64,000 bases of DNA. Source: Spironucleus salmonicida. Its lineage: Eukaryota. The notes below the pieces were generated by a model. That model did not search any database. It was not told the origin of the DNA and saw only the letters and a program-made list of their open reading frames with translations. The first letter of the stretch is position 1; each line of letters begins with the position of its first letter. The position numbers and the translations under genes are program-made. Positions 51,818 through 62,958 of this stretch are shown here, piece after piece. The stretch covers positions 496,001-560,000 of the forward strand of contig NC_090599.1 in NCBI RefSeq assembly GCF_000497125.1. The letters are read 5' to 3'.

Positions 51818-53020
51818 ATGGATTTGAAAGAAACTTTCATTACCAATCTTGTTACTTATGCAAAAATAGACACTGGAGGTGACTCATCATCAAATACGGT
51901 ACCAACTACGTAATGCTAATTTGATTTGGCATATTTTCTTCGTGACTAGCTGATATCATTAGGTCTTAAGCCTGAAATTGATGAACACTGTTTCTTATAT
52001 TGTCTTATGAATGAGGGGAGTCAAAAGAGAATTTGTTTAAATGCCCATTTAGATACCGCTGAAGATGCACCCAATAAAAATGTAAAACCTCGCATTCATT
52101 AATATGAAGGAAAGGATATATCTTTGGAAAATAACATTACATTATTAGCAACTGATCTTGAAACATAGAACGTTTAAAAAGGTGATACCATAGTATCATC
52201 CGATGGTACTACTTTGTTAGGTGGAGATGACAAGGCTGGAATCTCAATCATTATGACTCTGATCTAGTATTTACTTGAAGATAAAACCAGACTTGCAGGA
52301 CTCCCAGAGATTATGGTTTGCTTCTCCCCTGATGAAGAAAATGGTAAAGGGGGTCCTTACTTCAACTTATAAAAGCTACGTAAAAATGACTAAACAATTG
52401 CCCTTACAATTGATGGTTCAAATCATCATAAAATTTGTCTTAAATCCATTGGTGCTCGTAACTTCAACGTTGAAGTCACTGGTTATAGTACTCACCCAGG
52501 ATATGCTTACCACAAGCTTATTAATGCAGCAACTGCCGCCTCTGACATAATATCTGAGCTTAAAAAATAGTTAAAATCTGCCGAAGAGTCAAAAGACGAA
52601 GAAGGCTATCTTTTAGTAAGAAATATTAAAGCAGATATCAGCTAAGCTTCATTTAACGGTTTTATAAGAGGATACACAGATGAGTAACTTGACTACTTCA
52701 GCAATGGACTTAGACGTATCTGCAAAGAACACAAAGGTGCAGCTAAAGTAACTGTGGAAATTGTGAAGGCGTATGAAAATCTTGAAAAGTACATTCCAGA
52801 GGACTTCAAAAACAAGCTCAGAAAGCATGGAGAGAAATATAACTGTAAATACAACCCAGCAAGAGGTGGAACAGATGGCGCTAAATTGAGCGTTTTAGGC
52901 CTCCCAACTCCAGATCTCTGGTATGGAGGCCATGCTTATCATAGCGTGCGTGAAGTCGTAAATGTATCCGAAAGCATCGATTGCATCAAGTTTTTAATTG
53001 ATTTTATTGGCGATTTGTGA
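51818..53020 (+). CDS. pepT: peptidase T (M20B tripeptide aminopeptidase), 400 aa
   Basis: YAKIDT, AHLDTA, DGTTLLGGDDKAGI, PDEENG, IDG, HPGYA, RGGTDGAKLS, GLPTPDL, HSVRE. Confidence 0.95.
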
Positions 53021-53026
53021 CCGTTA

Positions 53027-55045
53027 TCATTTCATTTTTTCAAGTTTGTGACGGACGATTTCCTCAAACTCATTGGGCCCGAGAGCGTTCTGCAGGACAG
53101 AAATACTACGCCAATCCGTGAGTATTTTTCGCACTATTCGTGTTGCTTTATTACGTTTTTTGGCATATTTTAGTAGTAAGTGAAAGATAGTTTCTATGAT
53201 CTTACGAAGATATTTCTAATACTAATAATTAGCTATTTTAACGTATTTAGCATTCAATTTAATCGCTTTGAAGGCTTTCAGCAGAAGTAAATTTTACTTA
53301 AAGAGGAATACAAACTTGAATTATTACTGGATAGAAATTAGATGTACGAATGAAAGTTTTTATAATCTTAGAAAATTATGGGAAATAGCCAACTTTTAGG
53401 AAGAAAGAGCCATGAATTGTAATTTTAAGAGGGTTTTATAGGTTTTATTGAGGAGCTGCTAAGTTTTCTGGGTAATTGCTTTCATTTATAGAAATTATAA
53501 ATGGGTGGAATATGTTTAAACTGCTTTAAAATATGGCTGGATGAATATTGTTTCGATTGATTATCGGACTAACTTTAAGCTGTAGATTTTATGAATTAAA
53601 GCTGAAAATGATGTTTTTGCAGTGTAAAACTAGTGTATTTCTTGTGCTTAAAGGTTCTATTTTTAAAGCTTATAAAACCTCAACTTAAATATTAAGTATG
53701 TGTTGGATAAAAATTTTGCGTTACTCAGGCGTATCGCAAATATAAAAAGTTATAAATTGTTTACAAGCTACTATTATAAAAAGCTAAAAAGATACTTCTA
53801 CTACCGTTATTTATTGTTTAACTAAAGGCTATCAAAAATTATTGATTTCCCCAATTAAGTTACAGTTTATACTTTATTTAAGAGTTAAAAAAGGACAGAT
53901 CTTTGTAGCAACAAATTTGATGTGACTTTAATTAAAATTTCAGCATTTTGAAGTTTATGAAAATAATTTTTAAGATAGTGAAACAGTGACTTAGCAAGCC
54001 GTTAATTTATTTTATCTATAATTTAATACTCTGTCTGCTAATTATTATTATAACGATCTATAAATATATAAAATGATTTTTTCAATATTTTATTAAAATA
54101 ATTTTAGTTCTAAGCGTTCAACATTCGCCAATTTACTAATCCATAACGTTTAATATTTCCATAAATTAATTTTTATATAATAACTTCCTTATAGAAATGT
54201 CTGAGTTACTTATAACAAAAACCGATTTTTTTCTATTACATCTGCACCTAAAAGATATAAGCAGTATACTATTGTTGTTTTATTGTATTAAAATTTGTAA
54301 TAAATTTATAAAATGTAGATTTCATTAATTCATAACCAATATTCCTACGTATAATTCCTAGGCATTAAAATTTTATCATCAGTTTCAAATAATATGATTA
54401 AATCTATTTCATTTTTGTTATTTTTAGCTAATATTCTTACATTTACAGTAATTAAAATTTGGTTTTAATTTGAATAAATAATTTTTAAATTAATAGTTTT
54501 TATTTCTAAATAATAAATCGTTATTTTCTATGGATAACTACAATTTAAAGAAAGTAAGACCTTTTAGATTAAATAATATTATTTTATAATAAAACTTTCC
54601 CTTTTAACTCAACAAAGGCGTATTTTTTATATTTCCTTTCATAAAAATACCGAATAATTGGCTATAAACTCTTGATATAAGTATAATAATTCTTAATAAC
54701 GTAAAAAATCTGTATAAGTAAAATCCTTTTACCATTACATTTAATTTTACTAATAATAGTTGCGTAGTTTCTCCATTCATAGAACGAACGTGCCAAGATC
54801 AGAGGATGAAGGGGATTTATCTAAGTTTATTGAAAAATTTAACTTGTACTTTTTTTCAGCAGGTAATTAATCTTTTAAGGAGAAAACTAAACTGATAAGT
54901 TCACATCTGGGGCTGAACCTATTGAAAAAGATAGCAATGAATCAGTTAAAGGAATTTTATTTTCAGGTTGTGGTGCTTATTAGCGAGAGGTATTTAATTT
55001 AGCTAGAAAGGAATCAACATCAAAATTAGAATCTAACAATTCCAT
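53027..55045 (-). CDS. basic helical-repeat protein, Sfi1-like (tentative), 672 aa
   Basis: Open frame checked base by base; recurring basic F/L..W repeats (RSFYEWRNY, GLVNWRM, ILTDWRS). Confidence 0.7.
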
Positions 55046-55100
55046 AAATTTTTAAATATATTATAAATATATAAGAATATTAGTTTAATCATTTTTGTAT

Positions 55101-55379
55101 ATGCACATGAAGTCTGAAGTTATTGTGTAGTTACCATCATAGTTGTTCCTTCATTAATCCGCGAAGCCTTAGTCTTAAATATTGTATGATTATTTATAGT
55201 ATGAGAAAATATTTGAAGTTGAGTCAAATATTTATAACAAGAATTAGTCAATTACTGGAACATTGCTTTAACATTTTTCTGAAAATATATTAATATAATC
55301 CATGATTAAGAGACCATATTAAAAAACTTAGCTTCTCATTGCTAGCATAGGGAGTCTTTTTCAATTTAAATTAAAGTGA
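55101..55379 (+). CDS. hypothetical protein, 92 aa
   Basis: ATG-TGA code-6 frame ending AAG-TGA. Confidence 0.5.
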
Positions 55380-55551
55380 ATCATTATTAATTGATTTAAA
55401 GATATATTTATTCTATCAAGTACAAAATTAGCAATATCTTTATTTATCAATTATATTTATCATACTTTCGCAATTATTTTAATTTACTATGTATGTTGTT
55501 ATATAAATAAAATTTTAATAATATATAATAAACTTAAACAAAGTTTCTAAT

Positions 55552-58500
55552 TCATTCATTATTTAGTACACTCTAAACAGATTTAACATTGAATTTTTCT
55601 ATTTGTTATTCAACAAAAAGAGAATAAAATGTTTTTGTTTCAAAACTACTAATTTACCATATTTATTAGTTAGCATGTATAAATCTTGTAATACCATTAA
55701 CTACAATTTTATTATATGTTGTACCTATTTCAACCAAGATGCCGACACCAATAGAAGGAACAAATATAGTATCAAGCAATTTTATTTACTATGCATTTTA
55801 TTAAACTTCAAATATATTTAATATAAAGTCTGCTTTTTCGCATGAAATATTTAACTTTTTAACTTCAGTAATCTACTAAATATTCAAATTTAAGGAATCT
55901 TTTAATGTATAGTGATGTCTATTAATAAGCTGTTTCTGCAAATAATAAGATGATTGCGTAATCAAATACAAGAACTAGTCAGTAGATTAAATTTAACCCG
56001 TAGAAAATGGATAATCATCACCAAATATAATTTCTGATGGTTTAATACAATAACAAGGTTTATCATTTAAAATAATATGAAAATCTTTAATATCAATTTT
56101 AGTTTTTGATAAAAGCGGTAATAATTATTTAAACAAATCAGGAAATGCTTTTGAAAATGCTATAATAATAACAGCACCTTTATAAGTTATTTTATGATCT
56201 ATAGATATTAATGATAAATCGATAATATCATCAAAATTTGCACACATTCCAAGTTCTCGGGTCGCATTATCAGGACATGATATTAAAATAGACCCCATAA
56301 GTTTATTGATTTATTGTTCAGTAATATTAAAACCAATCTAGTTCTACAAATATTCTAAAGTTACTGTTTATGCTTGATTATTCATAACTTAATTTAAAAT
56401 TGTATCCTAAATAGGATAATATTTAATTTAATTGATAACATCAACGTTATTTTAATTGATAAGACATTAATTAATATTATCAATTGGAATTAAATATTTA
56501 AAACATTCGAATAGTTATTTGGAGATTTATTAAATCATATTTTCAGCTAACTATAATGTTAAGATTTCTTAATTTTTGTTCATAATTTCAATTTAATAAA
56601 ATTAAAAAAACTACGATAAGTGTCCAATATCTCGTACGCAAATACTATTTCCAGATAAAATAGCGTTTATACTCAATTTATGCGTTAATGATTAATCTCT
56701 ATCAATTAGAGACATAGGGATAACACTATATGGTTGATCATCGAAAATAGATAAGGAAGACACAAATGGCTCGTTCTTCATATGAACTTACTATTTCAAG
56801 ACTTCGTTAATATCACATACACAATCAGAAACTATAAAATGGATGTTGTCATTATAAATATAGCCTTTATTGGCATAAAAATATTATTTGGCTAGCTTAA
56901 GTAGGCCTTTAACATCATGTTATTTCAATACTTAATTATTTTTAAGATCAAATATTTGGTCACCATATATTATGCCAATTATATTTCCTACTATATCTCC
57001 ACCAGAAATTTATTGAGTAAATATATTAAGTATATCATCTCCGAAATAGTATACTAGATTGTTAGTTAATTCTTCAGGGAAAATTTCAAATTTATTATCT
57101 GTTTCACTTATTGTATCGATTTCATCTGATAGGGAATTTACAGAAGTAGTAAGTAATATAGAAGTTGATTAGTAATCATGAGAAATAATGCTAAATTTTG
57201 AGTTGAGCTTTGAAATTTATTAAATATTCTCTGTTAATATCTATAAATTTTAATTAAATTATAATCCTGATTAACTAAAGTATTATTAAATAGGAGGCTG
57301 TTAGTTATTAGCACCTTACAAAAAGATATGAGGTTATTTACAATAAAGAAAAACATTATCATCTAGCTTAAAAGATTCTTATGGTAAATAACTTTATTTT
57401 AAAACTTTTTCTTAACAACTAATTAATTAATAGTTTTTAAATTCAGCTTTATTTTTTATATATGATGTTAATACAAATTATAAAGGTTGGAAAAGTAAAT
57501 CAAGGGCTTCATTATCCTCTTTTAAAAATAAAGTTTCTTTGTCTGTAATAACAACTACGCTTCTTTCATCAAACTAAAAGTTTTAAAATCCTAAATTTTC
57601 GTATTAATAAGAGCTTAAACCTAAAGTTGATAAGTTAGGATACTTACCATTAAGTTTCATATTTCTAACTAAAAATGGAGATATAGTATGTTTCAATTAA
57701 AAATTTTCTAATTTTATTTCAGTCCATTTTTAGGTTTACTCAGTTGGTACAAACTTAAAAAGAAGTGATTTGGGGATTTGCTTATAAAACGAATTATTCG
57801 CTTATTTTTCGAATAAAAATGACGGGCCTTAATAATCCCACAACAAATTTGCATTCTTTATATTAGCTGATTATACTATAAATGCTTCGCAATATTATGA
57901 TATTAACGATGAGAATAAAGCAAATTTATATGGATAAACAATATACTGGTTAGAATTATTAAAAATTGAAAATAAAATAGACTGAAATGATTTAAAATAG
58001 TCTCTAATCATATTTACTGTAAATTAATATTATCCAATCCATTGGTTTGCCTCTAAAATTTTGTTTACTTCATCTGAAGGTTATTAGTTCAAAGCCAAGT
58101 TTAAGGATAGATCATAAAGAGCGATTATATCATAATTTTTATGCTAAATTTAATCTAAATTTAATATTCTTTCCTCAATTAATTCTACAGCACATACTTT
58201 TTTGTAGTATTAAGTTTTATAAAACCGTAAAACCTAATTGCTCAATTAATAATCAGACAATACTTTCCCCAGTGGTAATGTAGTAATTTTATTTAAAGAT
58301 TCTTATGTAATTGCATTAGTAATGGTTTGCAAATCATATTTTAATGCTCCTTTGTATTCTTGATCAATATTTAATTAATTTAACTTATTAACTTCCTTGA
58401 TATCATTAATTACCCACAGTAATTCATTTTTAGACATAATTTTAAAAATTTATTAAATTGTAAAATAATTTATTTTTTAATTTTCCTATTAAACAATATT

Positions 58501-59481
58501 GAAAAATGGATACGAAAGTAAATTATTTTTTTAATAGTATTCAATTAATTAATCTAATAAACCATTTTTAAATGTCTATCCAGGCATTTCTGGCAAATAG
58601 CTACAACCAGAAAACAATACTAAGGCTATAAAATCAGAAATGAGTGCTTTCGTAAATGAATGTTCGAAAATTTTCTATCTAATGTTTTGTGAATCCTTAA
58701 TATTTGCAACATTAACAATTTCATCATATAATGACTAATATAGATTTACCATATTAGATTAAGAATTTAGATAATCTTATAAAAGATCACAAATTATTAA
58801 CTCTCTTAGTGACTTAAAATCCTATATCCATATTCCATATTCGCAAAAGGTAATATTTGATTCAACTACATCTTATAGAGGTTTTTCATAAATAGGTTAC
58901 TAGACAACAATAACTTTTACTGGTAAATTTTAGTATAAAAACTTCAATCTTTAAGATGTATCGACTCCATAAACATATGAATTACTCTTATTTTAAAGTA
59001 TGATATCATTTACCAAATTGTAATCTTCTTAAAAGCTGATTCTGACTTAGTTTTTAATTAAAAATTATAACTATTCAGTTAAAAATACAATTAAGGTTCT
59101 CATAAATTAGCTTTTTGGAACAAAATCTAAAAATGAAATTTTATCTTCAGGTTATCTATTATAGGCTTCCTATTAATAAAATAATTTATATTATGACTCT
59201 AGTTCACATTTTATTATAGATTACTCATTAAAAATAGGGTTTAAATACAAGACTAAATTTATAGGATTAAATTTATCAACTAGTTGCAGCAATGATTCGA
59301 GAATAATTGACATTGATTCTGTTTATGTGTATATATTACAGTAAGAATTTACACTGACACTATCAAAAGCCAACTGTTATAAGTTAACATAAAGATTTGA
59401 GTTTTTAACATTATTCTTATAACTCTATAATGCCTGAGGATATCTAAATTATAAAAATTTAACAAATCTCGGAACCTCCAT
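55552..59481 (-). CDS. Xrn1-like protein with degenerate active site, 1309 aa
   Basis: Open frame checked base by base; MEVPRFVKFLQFRYP, NLYVNL, YGVD, SDFIALVLFSGCSYLP, YPYKFA, YPNLSTL map in order onto Xrn1 blocks. Confidence 0.8.
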
Positions 59482-59531
59482 TTGAAAAGAAGCGAAAAAT
59501 AAAAATATTATATTTAAATATAAGTTATATT

Positions 59532-60101
59532 TCATTATTTCATAATAAACTTTTTCAATAATTATTTCATTTTCGAATTACATTTTATTTTCATTTTAAC
59601 TCTTCCATTACTAATACTTATTGATTAAAAATACAATAAACTTAATGAAGTAAATTAATCTTTTTATAAAGGTGATATTGAAAGGATTTAACTAGTTCCT
59701 AGATGCATAAGTTCCTGGGGTTCACTCTTATTTAAATTGTATTAAGCTTTAAGTGATTTTCCTGTTTAATCGCTAATACAATATATAAATATTTAATGAA
59801 AACTTTATGTGAAACTCATATTAAGGTAGCTTTATCTTACTCTAATTAAATCTGCAAAATTACTATCATCAATTGGAATACTATTTTCTATTTTATCTCT
59901 TGACTTTAATCTAAAATAAAATTATGTCCTAATTTTTACATTATTAAGTAATTCCCCCTCAATTTATATTAATTAGACTAATTACGAATATTTAAAATTA
60001 AATTCTACATTCTTATTCACATGTTTAAATATTGTTCTTTTATTTAGCAAAAATGTTAGTTTTAATTTTATTTCAATAACCGGTTTATTAATTTTTAACA
60101 T
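59532..60101 (-). CDS. hypothetical protein, 189 aa
   Basis: ATG-TGA code-6 frame filling the gap between two larger genes. Confidence 0.55.
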
Positions 60102-60179
60102 TTATAAATTTAATCTTATTTAATATATAAATTACTAACTTGTTAAGAATTAAAGTAAAATAATACTAAAACTTTAATT

Positions 60180-62738
60180 TCACTTTAAATCAAAATTGAA
60201 ATCAAACTTCATCTGAGGCATGTCCTCTGGAATATTCTCCTTCTCTGCTGGTTAAATCTCTATACTAGGTATATTAAAATTCAAATCATCTTTAATTTTA
60301 GGAATCATTAAATTAACATTTGGATGAGTCTTTCTATCTATTGTGATATCAGGAACATAATTTTAACCATATTATTACTTAACTATTCCCCTGTTTCCTA
60401 TTCTTGCTTTATAACGTTCCATTTCAACTCGTTATCGTTCCTAAATCTCTTTCAATTTTTCATATTTGTTTACATCATTTTGATTTACTATATATCTTCT
60501 CCCGTATTATTTATTTTTCTCTGGTCGGCTTCCAGATTTTAACTTTTGAGCCGATTGCTTAATTTACGCTTTCCTATTTCTTTCTTCTTTTCTCAGTTCC
60601 TTCTCGTGAATACTACGTAATTTTCTTACTAAAAATGGAACCGTAAAGTCACGAAATTCTGTAACTTCATTTTCAAATGGTGCAGTAACATACTTTATTT
60701 CTGACTTAGTACCATCTGGAAAAATTGTATACTCTATGTACTCAGAATTAGATGAGCTGGGATCAGAGTATTAACTAGGTTCAGAAGTAGATTCTAAATT
60801 GTAAGCAGAATGAGATGAGTCAGAAAAATCATATCCTCGTTTTTCGTTTCTTTTGATAATATTATCTTATACTACTTCGGAAGATTCAGAAGATTATGAT
60901 ATCTCGGGTGTTTTTACACGAGGAGGAGCCTCATATCCCAAATAAATCCTTAACTAACTAAGTTCTTATGATTTAGGGATAAACTATTTATTCTTTAAGA
61001 AATCCGGCATTGAATTTACAATATCTGTGAAAACTCTGGCCATCGCAGATAGTTCTCTTGTTCTTTAATAACACGTTACTACTACCTATGTTTCTTCCGT
61101 TTTTACATTTTTAACTTCCCATTATCCAAATTCGCCTTCAGCTGCGATATCTTCGACAAAATTACTGGAAACATCACGTATATCCTCTAGGCATGCTTAA
61201 TTTGCTATACCGTAATCGTAATAAAATTAACTGAGACCTTAAATAACCGAAAACACTTCATCTAATAGATTAACAAAATTATCTCGATAACTGTGGAAGT
61301 TTTTAGCTGAAAGGGTAGGTTTTGTTTGTAGAATAAGATTCATTGGATATTTATTTTTTAATAAATTAAGCACTATATGGATAGCTTAAAATTATAACTA
61401 CTAAATAATAGTATTTAAAAATTTATGATTCTTATTTAAATGTATTATGGAAATTGGGAGTGATTTATCAATTTTGAAAGTAGATAATTATTTTTGTGTA
61501 ATAAGAGGTAAAAATTTGATAAAATTATTATTAATAAGTGAAAGTACAGGTACTTATGTTTGAATTAAGAAATTTGTACGTGAAATTGATTGTTTTAACG
61601 TATCTTAGTCTAATTTATAATGTTTAGAAAATTCAATAAATTCATCATGCAAAACCTATTATTGAGAAATTCTAAACTTTTTCAAAATTGAAGCAAATCT
61701 TTTCTCTTCTTCTGTTGGTTTTATGATTACTGATTAGTGTGAACTATAAGAATGACCAGAATAAGATTCCTAAGAAGCTTCAGATACTTCCCCTGAATTA
61801 TTTTCTTCAGACTATTAACTAGATTATTCATAGTCTTTTGAATTAGAATGTGATTCTTCAGATTTTTTTTAATTTTTGGTTGATTACTTTTTCGGTACAT
61901 AATTATGAGTAAATAGATCATCAATGACTAACTAGCCATCAACCTCTGTTATTGATTCAATAACAGCTTTGTATGTAGATTTTTATAAAAGTTTCACAAA
62001 ATGATCTATTGGGAATGTATTCTTACAAAATTACAAATTTGAGAGCTCAGGAGGAGCATCATCTTCTGGTTCTAGCTATTAAAATGTAACATTGTCACAA
62101 TTCATATAAAAATAACTTTCTCTTGATTTTTAAAAGTTTTCTTCAATATCAATAGGTAAACCTACTGAATTTGAAACATATGACATAAACGCATTTTCTA
62201 CCATCCAATCTCTTAATGAGTTAGTTTCTGGTCGTTCTTCATCCAAAATTAAGTCAAATTTCTTTCCTCCTAAGTTTTTCCCTACGCATACTATAAAATC
62301 GGGATATACAAGGTACCATTCATTCCCTTCAAAATCTATTCCTAAACTGAAGTAATGATCAATATCTACCCCATCACGTTCATTATCTCCGAATTTCTAT
62401 GTTGCATCACAATAAAATGTGTTAAGTAGCTGGGCAAAAACTTAATTTCTACCTGACAATGGCAATTCAGAAAATTCCTTGAAGTTCTGTAGATACACTA
62501 ACTTTTTACATCGAGAATTCGGATTTTAATAAAACTATAGAGCTGCATTACAAGAATTCATAAATGGTGGTCTAACTCCCAATTTTAAAAGACAATAATG
62601 AGCTATTATTGTACACAACAACCTATCTTCCGGTTACCTTAAAGTTAATGCTGCCATATATTCCTTGAAAGAAAAATGTGGCATATTAAGTAAATGCCTA
62701 TTTTAATTTAGTGAAGAATAAGTGGAAAGAAAGTCCAT
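60180..62738 (-). CDS. DDT/WHIM-motif chromatin protein (ISWI accessory subunit-like) with possible degenerate bromodomain, 852 aa
   Basis: LLNMPHFSFKEYMAAL (DDT), FSELPLSGRNQVFAQLL (WHIM1), LGIDFEGNEWY (WHIM2/WSD), KYPMNL...NFHSY..NFV (bromo-like); ends AAG-TGA. Confidence 0.7.
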
Positions 62739-62958
62739 TATATTAAAATTGGAGAGGGAAAATGGAACGATTTATATCATCATATTATTATATAGTTATA
62801 AATACATAATTAAATGTATAAAACTAATGTAATTTAAATATAATAGAAAATCTTAAACATAGTGAATATAAAACAATTATAATATCATTATTAATTATAT
62901 ATTATAAAATACAAAAATAATATTATATAATTATATAAACTTATTTTTCCGCATTAGA

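Noticed and set aside
58435-58437. ATG after an AT-rich stretch suggesting a split or trans-spliced Xrn1
   Set aside because: The frame is continuous upstream to ATG 59481, which carries the Xrn1 N-terminal motif
58640-59437. 265-codon plus-strand code-6 ORF antisense to the Xrn1-like 5' region
   Set aside because: With only one stop codon long antisense frames arise by chance; no recognisable motifs, whereas the minus strand matches Xrn1
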